Positions 6,289 through 14,772 of a stretch of 24,000 bases of DNA are shown in pieces. The notes beneath the pieces are model-generated. The model was not told the origin of the DNA, searched no databases, and was given only the letters and a program-made list of their open reading frames with translations. Each line of letters opens with the position of its first letter. Within the stretch, counting starts at the first letter, position 1. Both the position numbers and the translations under genes were made by a program. This DNA is from an uncultured delta proteobacterium (GTDB lineage: Bacteria > Desulfobacterota > RBG-13-43-22): assembly GCA_963790475.1 (NCBI GenBank), contig CAWBOS010000012.1, positions 864,633 to 888,632 on the forward strand. The letters run 5' to 3'.

Positions 6289-7506
6289 TCACTCGATGAT
6301 TCCGGACTTCCTTAAATCGGCGATATCCTGCTCGGAGTATCCAAGTTCTCTCATAATCTGATCCGTGTGCTCCCCGAGATCGGGAGCCCTGCTCGTTACT
6401 CTCGAGGGAGTCTTGGAGAGCTTGATCGGGTTATTAATCATTCGGACCGGACCATGCCGGGGATGGTCCCAATCAACAAAGATATCGTTGGCCCGGGCCT
6501 GTTCTTCCCGGGTCACCTCCAAGGGAGTCATCACCGGTGCCCAGATAAGTTTGGTCCGGGAGAGAATCTCAATCCATTCAGCATAGGTCTTGCCGCAGAA
6601 GATCTTCTCAATCAGTTCCACCAGCTCTTCCGCGTTTTTCGTCCTGGCCTCGGAGGTGGCGAAACGCGGATCCTTTTCCAGTTCCGGGAAGCCGGTGGCC
6701 AGGCAGAAGGCTGGCCAATAGGGCTGGGAATTCGTCATGCCGAGCATGATCCAGCGGTTGTCCCGGGTCGGGTAATTATTGCGGATAGGGTTAACGACGG
6801 CACGGCGGCGGGGCAGTTCCAGATCCTCACCCGTGGCCAAACAGCCGGAGATATCGAAGCCCAGGGACCAGACGCCGGAGTTGAAAAGGGAAACGGAAAC
6901 CTCCTGCCCTTGCCCGGTCCTTTCGCGGATGTAAAGGGCGGCCATGATTCCGGCCAACAGGTGAATGGATGTGGTGCTGTCGCCATAGGCAGGCCGGGAG
7001 ACGGGAGGCGGATCATCATCCTCGTGGAGCAGATGCATCACCCCCGTACGCGCCCAGAAGGCGACGGAATCATAACCGCCGGTGTTCCTCATGGGACCCC
7101 TCTGCCCATATCCGGTCAGGTTGGCACAGATGATCCCCGGATTGATCCCGGACAGGATCTCATAGGTCAGGTTGAATTTTTCCATCTCGTAGGGCCGCAG
7201 ATTGTTAAGGAAGACATCCGCGGAAGCGATAAGCTTATGCAGGATGGCCTGACCCGCAGGGGTCCCCATGTCAATGACCATACTCTTCTTGTTTCGATCG
7301 GCGTGCTCCCAGAGAAAATTCATCTGAGAGAGATTACCTGTCTGGCTGATCCGCATCCCTACAAAATGACGCTGTATGTCCCCACGGCCGGGTGGTTCCA
7401 CATGGATAATCTCCGCACCCCAGGAGCTCATGAGCATCCCGGCCAAGGGCATGGCCGCGACTCCTCCTACCTCGACACCTTTAATCCCTTCCAATCCATT
7501 TCGCAT
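6289..7506 (-). CDS. family III CoA-transferase (CaiB/BaiF/Frc type)
   Basis: 405 aa. ATG 7506 is preceded by AGGTGG. N-terminal GIKGVEVGGVAAMPLAGMLMSSWGAEIIHVEPPGRGD and GGYDSVAFWARTG (active-site Asp region) are typical of the family. Confidence 0.9.
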   Translation of the reverse strand: MRNGLEGIKGVEVGGVAAMPLAGMLMSSWGAEIIHVEPPGRGDIQRHFVGMRISQTGNLSQMNFLWEHADRNKKSMVIDMGTPAGQAILHKLIASADVFLNNLRPYEMEKFNLTYEILSGINPGIICANLTGYGQRGPMRNTGGYDSVAFWARTGVMHLLHEDDDPPPVSRPAYGDSTTSIHLLAGIMAALYIRERTGQGQEVSVSLFNSGVWSLGFDISGCLATGEDLELPRRRAVVNPIRNNYPTRDNRWIMLGMTNSQPYWPAFCLATGFPELEKDPRFATSEARTKNAEELVELIEKIFCGKTYAEWIEILSRTKLIWAPVMTPLEVTREEQARANDIFVDWDHPRHGPVRMINNPIKLSKTPSRVTSRAPDLGEHTDQIMRELGYSEQDIADLRKSGIIE

Positions 7507-7664
7507 AAACCACCTGCTGATTCGCCCTTCCCCCTTTGAAAAAAAGGCTGATTTATTATTGAGATCTTAAATTGGCCATTGTCTAAAAACAAATTTCACC
7601 GCCCACTCCCCCTGATAAAAACAGGACTCATTCGAGACGCCGGGTACGCCGAGTTAGTGATTTC

Positions 7665-7737
7665 ACCTTTGCCTGTGAGAGGCAGGCAAAGGTAAAGGGC
7701 TCTTATTGCTTTCCGCCCTCTCAGCGGAAAGCAATAA
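7665..7737. repeat. two adjacent perfect hairpins (structured intergenic element)
   Basis: CCTTTGCCTG (7666-7675) pairs with CAGGCAAAGG (7683-7692), with a 7-nt loop. TTATTGCTTTCCGC (7703-7716) pairs with GCGGAAAGCAATAA (7724-7737), with a 7-nt loop. The element lies between the CitE-like stop and the CoA-transferase start. Confidence 0.8.
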
Positions 7738-7795
7738 TATTCTTCTCTGCGCTCCCTGCGACTCTGCGGTGAATCTAATCTGCTATCTGCTCTTC

Positions 7796-8773
7796 TTATT
7801 GGGTGACCCCCTGAGCCCCACCCCCGGCAGCGGCTACGGCGGTTACCTTTTCCGCCTCTCGGCGGGTTACACATTCTGCCCGTTCCAGCACATCGTTCAC
7901 ATGCTCCAAGTGAGCCACATCGATCATGCGGCCGTCCAGGGCCACTGATCCGTCTCCCCGGGCGAAGGCCTCCTCCAGGGCGGTTTTCACACGTTTGGCC
8001 GCATCCAGCTCGGCCGGGGTGGATTTGAAACCTTCGTTAACCGGATCACACCACAAGGGATGGATTTCAGGAGTCCCCCGGTATCCCATCATAAAGGATC
8101 GATGACAGACCTCTAATATGGCCTTGGGGTCCCCACTGGTATTCATTAGGCCTGCGCCGCCCCGGGGCATCAGACCGGAGGCCTGTACCCCTGCGGCCCT
8201 GGCCGTAAAGAGCAGTTTGCCGGCTGGCCAGGAAAACTGGTCATAACTCAGATCCCGGGAAGGTGTAAAACCCAGGTCGCGGGCGAGGTCCACTCCCCCG
8301 ATACTGCTCTGGACGATTCGGGGACTGGCATTGAGGATAGTCTCCATATTGACGACTCCGACAGCCGTCTCGATGAGCAGATCGAACTGAATGGACCCCA
8401 CGGGAATTCCTCTCTCCTTCTCCAAGCCGGTCACCATGCTGTCGATTCTTTGGATCTCTTCCGCAGATTCGCACTTGGGGATCATGATACTGACCAGGCC
8501 GGGGACGACGATTGAATCCAGGTCCTCCTCCTCCAGTCCCCGGTTGATCCGCACCTGGACCTCGGCCCCTCCTCGGCTTACGATGGGCATGGCGTCTTTG
8601 ACCATTTTTCGGGCGGTTGTTTTTTCGGATGGAGGAACGGCATCTTCAAGATCAAGAATGATGCAGTCAGCCCCGCGCATCCAGGCCTTGATAATGAATT
8701 TTTCACGATTCACCGGAACAAAGAGCTTCGACCTGCGTACGAGCCGGAGAATCTTATCCCGCTTGGAAAGCAT
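7796..8773 (-). CDS. HpcH/HpaI aldolase / citrate-lyase beta (CitE)-like acyl-CoA lyase (malyl/citramalyl-CoA lyase type)
   Basis: RSKLFVPVN...ADCIILDLEDAV...QVRIN...LLIETA is the CitE-family pattern. ATG 8773 is preceded by AGGAGG at a 7-nt spacing, and the track's TTG 8791 lies upstream of that RBS. Confidence 0.85.
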   Translation of the reverse strand: MLSKRDKILRLVRRSKLFVPVNREKFIIKAWMRGADCIILDLEDAVPPSEKTTARKMVKDAMPIVSRGGAEVQVRINRGLEEEDLDSIVVPGLVSIMIPKCESAEEIQRIDSMVTGLEKERGIPVGSIQFDLLIETAVGVVNMETILNASPRIVQSSIGGVDLARDLGFTPSRDLSYDQFSWPAGKLLFTARAAGVQASGLMPRGGAGLMNTSGDPKAILEVCHRSFMMGYRGTPEIHPLWCDPVNEGFKSTPAELDAAKRVKTALEEAFARGDGSVALDGRMIDVAHLEHVNDVLERAECVTRREAEKVTAVAAAGGGAQGVTQ

Positions 8774-9185
8774 GGGATTCCCTCCTTTCAAGGTGGAGAA
8801 AATACAGGCGATGTTTTACTGGTGTTTCAATGGAAACGTAGCAGTCTTCCCTAAAAATGGATAGTTTCCTTGGAGAAATCAACCTTAAATAATTATATAA
8901 TAGAATTTCCTTTACTATGGAAGAAGTATAAGAGAAGGAAAAGACACGGTCAAGACAAAACCAAGTCTTGAAAGCAAAGGGAAGGAAATGGGTGATCCGA
9001 ATAATCTATCTTAAGTTCAAGGACATTAGGGTTAAGGGCTCTGGTCTTTTTGCCACGGGATTAAATCTCCTGTCGACATGAAAACGATTACCGGACTCTG
9101 AAGTTTTTCCGAAAATTACTTCGCCTGATTGATTTAAACGATGTCACCTACAACTCTTGCTTGGGAGCTGGACTAAAAATTGAGA

Positions 9186-9200
9186 ATTACCGTTCGAAAT
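9186..9200. repeat. recurring motif ATTACCGTTCGAAAT, copy in the CitE-like upstream region
   Basis: Exact 15-mer identity with 11997-12011 and an 11-mer identity with 15997-16007. A partial copy AACGATTACCG lies at 9083-9093. Confidence 0.6.
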
Positions 9201-9292
9201 AGATAAGCAGCCCCAAAGTCCCTGGACGGCCACATCGAATGAATTGAGTATAAAAGAAGCCCAAAAATGAGGGAAAGAGAAAAAGGAAAGAA

Positions 9293-9709
9293 TCAGCTGA
9301 AGCCTAATTCTTTGACGTTCTTAGGTAACACTTGATTTCCAGCCAGAATAGCGTCGATGGATTGAATCAATACGGCCCGGGGAGAATCCTTTGAAAGACA
9401 CCAGCTTGCACCGGCCTTTAAGGCGGCAATCAGGTATTCAGGCGTTTTATGTACTGAGAAAACCAGGACCTTAGTCCCCGGCCATTGTTTCTTGATTTCC
9501 CTGGTAGCGGCTATGCCGTCCATCCTGGGCATGGATAGATCCATCAAAACCAGGTCAGGATGGAATCTTTCGACAGAATTAAGGGCTTCCACCCCATCGG
9601 CCGCTTCACCGACAATATCGAAAGCCAGGAAGTGTGAAAGAATAGACCTTAATCCCTCCCGGAAAGCGGGACTGTCATCAACGATCAGAATACGGTGTAC
9701 TTTATACAT
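9293..9709 (-). CDS. response regulator, receiver domain only (NarL/FixJ-type receiver without HTH output)
   Basis: ILIVDDSP, DLVLMDLSMPRMDG, KVLVFSVH and the ALKAGA motifs are present. The ORF ends at 138 aa, right where the linker to a LuxR-type HTH would begin. No HTH remnant is seen in any frame downstream. Confidence 0.85.
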   Translation of the reverse strand: MYKVHRILIVDDSPAFREGLRSILSHFLAFDIVGEAADGVEALNSVERFHPDLVLMDLSMPRMDGIAATREIKKQWPGTKVLVFSVHKTPEYLIAALKAGASWCLSKDSPRAVLIQSIDAILAGNQVLPKNVKELGFS

Positions 9710-9793
9710 CAGTTAGGATAAAAAGGCCCCTTTTGATACTTTTAATAGGTTTAGATTAAGGGTATCAGAGATTTTAGGAAAAAAGAATGGTGG

Positions 9794-9829
9794 GAAAGCT
9801 GTATTTTCGGGGAGAAAGAGCTGTATTTT
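9794..9829. promoter_or_regulatory. direct repeat GAAAG(AG)CTGTATTTT x2, about 90-120 nt upstream of the response-regulator start
   Basis: GCTGTATTTT occurs at 9798-9807 and 9820-9829 (22-nt register), both preceded by GAAAG, in the 181-nt kinase/regulator spacer. Confidence 0.35.
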
Positions 9830-9890
9830 AAATCGGAGGGTTCCGAAAACCGATCTGGCGATCTTATTGAAGGGAGAGATTTCGAAAAAT

Positions 9891-11774
9891 TCAGATGGGC
9901 CAAACGGCCCGGACAACCGTTCCTTTTCCCTTAACGGAGTGGATGGAAAAAGAACCTCCTGAGAATTCAATCCGTTCTCTCATACTGGAGATCCCCAGGC
10001 CTTTTTTTGAAATCGTCCGGGAGGACAGACTTTCCAGATCGAATCCTTCTCCTTTATCACTGATACTCAGTTCTATGGTGCTGTCGACTTTTCGCAGTTC
10101 GAGATATACCAGGTCGGTCTTGGCATATTTGGCGATATTATTCATGGCTTCCTGTGTGATCCTAAAGAGAGCGATTTTTAGATGATCCGGCACATCCTCT
10201 TCCCGGATAGTAATTGCTTGTTCAACCTTGATACCAGAGTAAATCGTTTCAAATCTCCTGCAGAACCAGGAAAAGGTGGCTATGATACCCAGGTCGTCTA
10301 AAAGTGGAGGCCGTAAATCAGCCTGAATTCTTCGGGCCTCTTCAATCGTATCCTGGATGATGGGGATTAGGGTTTCCAGAGAATTGGAAATATTCGAGGT
10401 TCCGTCCTTCGGAAAATGTTGTAAAGCCTCTTCCGCCTTAAATTTAATGGCAGTTAAGTTCGACCCCAGGATATCGTGAACTTCCAGGGCGATCCGTTTC
10501 CTTTCAATCTCCTGGGTGGAGAGGATCTGGGAGGCCAGAATTCGCAGTTGGTTTTTTGATTCCTGCAAGGTCTGCTCCATCTTCAGTCGTTCCGCGATTT
10601 CGATGGTCAGCTCTTTATTGCTTTGAGCCAATTCAGCAGTTCGCTCAAGAACCCGGACTTCCAGTTCGTCATGCGATTTACGTAGCTCTTCTTCCATCTG
10701 TTTGCGTTCGGTGATGTCTATAATGAACCCCCGTAAGCGGACGGACTCGCCGTCACGAATAACAGGCGTCGAAAAAACCAAGGAAGGAAAAACGCTCCCA
10801 TCCTTTCTCAGCATTAGGTACTCGTTTGAACGTATATAGCCGTCCTTCAAAATTCTTTGAATGTTTTCCCATGCCCGACCCCGATCATCGGGAGTAACCG
10901 CGTCCAACACATTCAAACCTACTGCAAAATCCGCTTGGGTGTATCCAAAGCTCTTAAAGGCATTCTGGTTCCAAAAGGTGAGAAGGCCCTGTTGATCTAT
11001 TTCAAAAACGATTTCAGGCAACAAATCAGCAAAATTCCTGAAACGCGCCTCGCTCTCCCGTAGCGCCTTCTCCTCCTGCTTGCGCTTAAGCGCCACGCCA
11101 ATACTTGCACTGATCCCCTCGAAAAAATGGATCATATTGAGAGTGAAACGATCTTTTTCCCGGTCATTTAGTTGTAGCAGGCCGATGATCTCCTGATTTT
11201 CGCGGATAGGAATCAGCGCCACAGAGATGAAGCCTTCATGCACACAGCGGTTTCGTGGATGAAGTCTCGGATCCTGGTCAGGTGATAGATCTAATAATGT
11301 CAAGGAGTTGTTTGTCCAGGCGCTTCCACCTGGCGTAAAAAGGGGGTTTGTCGGATCGGTCTGTCCGGATATTACCAAGCCACAGGTGCATTCAAGAATA
11401 TAGTTGCGATCTTTATCCTTGCAAGGCCAGCCATCTTTGGTGCGAACAACCAGCGTGTTCTCTGTAAGAAGAAAATCATTCGAAAAACCTTCCTGGACAA
11501 AATACGGGAAGTCGTCACTGCTTCGGAGGCGAATCCCAACGGCTTCGAATCCCGTTTCCCGCTTTATTGCTGAGAGAATGAGGCTAATCGCATCAGTTAA
11601 AACAGATGGGTTGTTTAGAATGCCCAGGATTTCAGCCGTAAGTTGTTGGTAACGCTCTGCCTGCATATGTGCTTTGGTTGATTGTTCCAGTTCCTCAATT
11701 TTCTGCTTTAAGACAGAGATCTCTTCCACCTGTTCTTCATATGTCCTGGATAAATCTTTCACCCGACTCTCCAA
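9891..11774 (-). CDS. cytoplasmic sensor histidine kinase (coiled coil-GAF-PAS-HisKA_3-HATPase_c)
   Basis: H-box EVHDILGSNLTAIK (HisKA_3 type), N box EAMNNIAKYA, and G boxes DKGEGF / GLGISSMRERI. The PAS region includes FEIDQQGLLTFWNQ...; the Cys-rich GAF-like N-terminal half includes CKDKD...ECTCG. No TM segment. The start is uncertain (TTG 11774 or GTG 11762 after GGAGAG). Confidence 0.85.
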   Translation of the reverse strand: MESRVKDLSRTYEEQVEEISVLKQKIEELEQSTKAHMQAERYQQLTAEILGILNNPSVLTDAISLILSAIKRETGFEAVGIRLRSSDDFPYFVQEGFSNDFLLTENTLVVRTKDGWPCKDKDRNYILECTCGLVISGQTDPTNPLFTPGGSAWTNNSLTLLDLSPDQDPRLHPRNRCVHEGFISVALIPIRENQEIIGLLQLNDREKDRFTLNMIHFFEGISASIGVALKRKQEEKALRESEARFRNFADLLPEIVFEIDQQGLLTFWNQNAFKSFGYTQADFAVGLNVLDAVTPDDRGRAWENIQRILKDGYIRSNEYLMLRKDGSVFPSLVFSTPVIRDGESVRLRGFIIDITERKQMEEELRKSHDELEVRVLERTAELAQSNKELTIEIAERLKMEQTLQESKNQLRILASQILSTQEIERKRIALEVHDILGSNLTAIKFKAEEALQHFPKDGTSNISNSLETLIPIIQDTIEEARRIQADLRPPLLDDLGIIATFSWFCRRFETIYSGIKVEQAITIREEDVPDHLKIALFRITQEAMNNIAKYAKTDLVYLELRKVDSTIELSISDKGEGFDLESLSSRTISKKGLGISSMRERIEFSGGSFSIHSVKGKGTVVRAVWPI

Positions 11775-11992
11775 TGGTGATAGTTATAATGCCGAGATAT
11801 ATCAAAATATTAAAAACAATACAGGAAGGTATCCTGAGATGTCAAGGAGATATACATATAACGGACGGTTGTCTAAAGCTTGATTATATGAATGGACAAC
11901 TACCGTTCCACAGAGTAACGTGGCCAACCTTACGGTTCTTTGATAATTTAGCAATAGAATAGTGTTTTGGGGGGGGAATTCAACAGAGAAAC

Positions 11993-12011
11993 AACGATTA
12001 CCGTTCGAAAT
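11993..12011. repeat. recurring motif AACGATTACCGTTCGAAAT, copy upstream of the kinase gene
   Basis: It contains the 15-mer shared with 9186-9200 and the 11-mer AACGATTACCG shared with 9083-9093. Confidence 0.6.
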
Positions 12012-12080
12012 CTTGTCTTTTTTCAAAAATGCAATTTTAACGAGTTCAGGAAGCTAATTGTCAACCGTCTTTTCCGAGCA

Positions 12081-13100
12081 TCAATCCAGCGTTATTCCCC
12101 TCAGTTTTTGGAATAGATGTTCTTCCCGATCGGCGATATCCATAAGGACATCGGCTGCAGTGCGGTAGGAATCGTCCACCCCGGCCCGGTTCTTGAAAAT
12201 ACGTACGGCAATGACAGCGAATTCACGCCACCGGTCACCGACTTCCGTCATTTCTCTGGACCTGTCGTTCAACCAGGGCTGGTTTAGTTCTTTGGCGGCC
12301 TCCTGCAGAAAGGCGGCATAGATAAAACGAAATCCGGCCCCACCCGTACCGATCTCTTCCAGCATGCGAACAATCTGTCCCAGGTAAAGAGAGGCCTTCT
12401 TCGGTCCCAATTTTTCAGGCCATTTCCGCATCCTGCGCGCCAAAAAACGGATCCCTTTGGCCCCGATCAAGGGGACGGGGGTTCGGAGCATAACATCGCC
12501 GGTCTTCCGGATGGCGAGGACAATGGCTTTTTTCAGATCAAAGGACGAAGGAATTTCCGTCATGAAATACATCTGTCCTTTGGGCGCGAAAACCCCTTTG
12601 GCAAAGCGGACCCGCATCAGATCCTCATAACTTAGTCTCTGGATATCCTCCAGGATCGGGTCACTGATCAGGTATTCTCCATTTTCCTTTCCGATGACTA
12701 CGATATTGTGGGCATTGAAATGAAATCGGAAGGCTTTGGGGAAATAGGTCAGATGGAATACCCCAACCTTGCAACCGGTAGGGATGCCTTGCTCCAGGTT
12801 CTTATCCAAGGCTTCCATGGACTGCCTGGGATCTTTAAATTCCCTCCGTTGAAAGCGGACCCCCAGGCGGCGATTGGCCTTACTGAAAATCGTTCCCATC
12901 CAAGGTCGAAAGGTGATCAGTGGAATACCATTAACCTTTATAAAGGGTAGAAAGCCGAAATATAGCCCTGATCCGATCCCGAAGACCATCGCTTCGCTTA
13001 GATTAACATTGTAGAACCTGAGAAGGTTTGAGGTAACGCCGGTCTCGCAATGGGCCGCCGGGCGATGATCAAAATTAATTTGAATATCCTTGGAGTTCAT
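12081..13100 (-). CDS. BtrH-N-like Cys peptidase/acyl(aminoacyl)transferase-fold protein with a DUF4872-like C-terminal half
   Basis: The N-terminal HRPAAHCETGVTSNLLRFYNVNLSEAMVFGIGSGLYFGF matches the BtrH N-terminal domain pattern with its conserved Cys. The start overlaps the upstream stop (ATGA 13097-13100). Confidence 0.7.
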   Translation of the reverse strand: MNSKDIQINFDHRPAAHCETGVTSNLLRFYNVNLSEAMVFGIGSGLYFGFLPFIKVNGIPLITFRPWMGTIFSKANRRLGVRFQRREFKDPRQSMEALDKNLEQGIPTGCKVGVFHLTYFPKAFRFHFNAHNIVVIGKENGEYLISDPILEDIQRLSYEDLMRVRFAKGVFAPKGQMYFMTEIPSSFDLKKAIVLAIRKTGDVMLRTPVPLIGAKGIRFLARRMRKWPEKLGPKKASLYLGQIVRMLEEIGTGGAGFRFIYAAFLQEAAKELNQPWLNDRSREMTEVGDRWREFAVIAVRIFKNRAGVDDSYRTAADVLMDIADREEHLFQKLRGITLD

Positions 13101-13513
13101 TTCTCTTCAGCAGTTCTCATGAAATCCGTTAAGGCCTCGAAGGGGATACCGAAGATGTCGGCATATCGTCGCAAGACCTCTTCATCCATTTTCGCAAACC
13201 CGTCGGGCTTGAGGTGTCTTCGGACCTTCCTTTTGGGCAGGCCGATATAAGTGGCCAGAAGCTTCTCGTCCATCATATTTTTTTCCATGTAGTAGGCAAT
13301 CGGGCTGAGCTTGCCCTGCAAGATCTGCTGCCTGGTTTCTTTCATCTTTTCATGGATTACATCCCAGGCCTGCAATAAGGCCGCATTTTTAGGAGCCCAA
13401 CCGCAGCTCGGGACCGTTACATAGTTCCCATTTTCATCCACGGCATAACTCAGGTCCATCTGTCTGCCTTCCATTAAACCATCATCATCCTGGGGTACTT
13501 CATGCTTTTTCAT
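13097..13513 (-). CDS. small protein with C-terminal HTH-like segment (XRE-like), function unknown
   Basis: 138 aa. The segment EKLLATYIGLPKRKVRRHLKPDGFAKMDEEVLRRYADIFGIPFEAL looks like helix-turn-helix. It appears translationally coupled to the BtrH-like gene. Confidence 0.6.
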   Translation of the reverse strand: MKKHEVPQDDDGLMEGRQMDLSYAVDENGNYVTVPSCGWAPKNAALLQAWDVIHEKMKETRQQILQGKLSPIAYYMEKNMMDEKLLATYIGLPKRKVRRHLKPDGFAKMDEEVLRRYADIFGIPFEALTDFMRTAEEK

Positions 13514-13586
13514 AGGGTGTTTTTTAAGAAACTACTCCCTCCTGTTTAATGTCGGGGCAAAAGGGGAGCAAAACTGCGCTAATAAA

Positions 13587-14726
13587 TCATACGACCGTCA
13601 GTAGGGTGTAGACATAGGAAAACCGGGCACTCTCGGGAACCAAGGTCAGGATTTGCTGGCCTTTTTTCAATTGATCCGAATGGTAAAGCTCTTCCAGCAT
13701 GCAATATACCGAGGCCGATCCTATATTACCCAAACGGGTAAGGTTAGTGAACCATTTTTCCTGCGGGATGTATACCCCTTGATCTCGGCTGTCGGCATCT
13801 AAACGGGACCGGAAATATTCGGAGGACAAGTGCGGTAAAAAGAATGAAATCTTATCGAGATTTAAATCGCGCTTTTTAGTAATACTCTTCAGAAACAGAT
13901 TGTTCTGGCGGACGGCGTAGCTGTCCAGCATTTTTATGTCCTGCCTTACCGAGAGGAGCGAACGCTCCAGCAGTTCATTGGCTTCGAATTCCCGCCAGCC
14001 CTTGATCTCTCCGTTTTCAAGTTTTTCACCACCGGCATACATGCAGGTTTCGAACTGGTTGGCAAAAGAAGCTATTTCAATCCAATCGATCCTGAGGGAA
14101 AGGCCCTTTGGGTTGGGTTTATTCTGTAACAGAGCGGCACCGGCTCCATCGGAAAGCATCCAGCGCAAGAAGTCCTTTTCAAAGGCCACGATCGGTTGCT
14201 GTTCTAGCAAGGCGAGCTTCTCCGTCTCTTTTTCAAAATTGCGAGCCCGCATATAGGTGGACATCAATTCCGACCCGGTGCAAACGGCATTGTTCTTCTC
14301 TCCGGATAGGACGGCCAGGAAAGCATATTTCATGGCCTGCATTCCACAGACACAAGCACCGCTGGGTGAATTAATCTCAATGGGTTTCCCGCCCAACTCC
14401 CCGTGAACCATAGAGGCATGGGACGGCATCAACTGGTCTTGGGAACTGGTACCGCAAGAGAGAAGCTCGATGTCTTCAACCGTGAAGTGGTCATTGAGCA
14501 AACCCCGGACGGCCTCAGCGGTCATTTGGGCATTGGAATGGGTTAAACGGCCGTTCTCGTCCAGGGCATAATAGCGGGTTTTGATCTTATTATTACGGAG
14601 AACAATCGCTTTGGCCTTCGAAGGTCGGCCATCAACCCGGCCCAGGTATTTTTCCATAGCGTCGTTGGTCACCGGCCGGTTGGGCAAAAATTTTGCTAAA
14701 CGGGTTATATAAACTTCGTTTGGCAT
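13587..14726 (-). CDS. darB: KAS III (FabH)-type ketosynthase, DarB-like (dialkylresorcinol/cyclohexanedione-forming type)
   Basis: 379 aa. Cys-His-Asn triad candidates are SGACVCGMQA, FFLPHLSSEYF and LGNIGSASVY. The N-terminus VYITRLAKFLPNRPVTNDAMEKYLG resembles DarB-type enzymes rather than housekeeping FabH. It sits next to a DarA-like gene. Confidence 0.7.
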   Translation of the reverse strand: MPNEVYITRLAKFLPNRPVTNDAMEKYLGRVDGRPSKAKAIVLRNNKIKTRYYALDENGRLTHSNAQMTAEAVRGLLNDHFTVEDIELLSCGTSSQDQLMPSHASMVHGELGGKPIEINSPSGACVCGMQAMKYAFLAVLSGEKNNAVCTGSELMSTYMRARNFEKETEKLALLEQQPIVAFEKDFLRWMLSDGAGAALLQNKPNPKGLSLRIDWIEIASFANQFETCMYAGGEKLENGEIKGWREFEANELLERSLLSVRQDIKMLDSYAVRQNNLFLKSITKKRDLNLDKISFFLPHLSSEYFRSRLDADSRDQGVYIPQEKWFTNLTRLGNIGSASVYCMLEELYHSDQLKKGQQILTLVPESARFSYVYTLLTVV

Positions 14727-14772
14727 ATTGAAATTATCCGTTCCTTTCTATCAAGTATGGTTTGACTTAATA

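Noticed and set aside
6367-7539. 390-aa + strand ORF (and 6365..6586, 6735..7019, 7376..7570)
   Set aside because: It lies entirely antisense to or overlapping the well-supported CoA-transferase gene. The composition is Gly/Pro/Arg-rich and low in complexity, typical of shadow ORFs in GC-rich coding DNA, and no motif is present.
7596-7948. ORFs 7596..7874 (-) and 7706..7948 (+) in the CitE/CoA-transferase spacer
   Set aside because: They are translations of the two perfect hairpins and of the CitE 3' end. Both are Arg/Gly/Ser-rich with no start context.
8774-8791. TTG start at 8791 for the CitE-like gene (track coordinates 7796..8791)
   Set aside because: The extra six codons (MKGGNP) are the translation of the AGGAGG ribosome-binding site that sits 7 nt before ATG 8773.
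8391-8864. 157-aa + strand ORF across the CitE-like gene start
   Set aside because: It is antisense to a motif-supported gene and runs through that gene's RBS, and its translation is Ser/Arg-rich.
7665-9829. CRISPR-array interpretation of the hairpins and direct repeats
   Set aside because: Each site has only two units, the units are not identical to each other, there is no regular repeat-spacer periodicity, and no cas genes are present.
9713-9970. 85-aa minus-strand ORF overlapping the 3' end of the kinase gene and the spacer
   Set aside because: It overlaps the kinase HATPase region in another frame and covers the direct repeats, and it shows no motif and no RBS.
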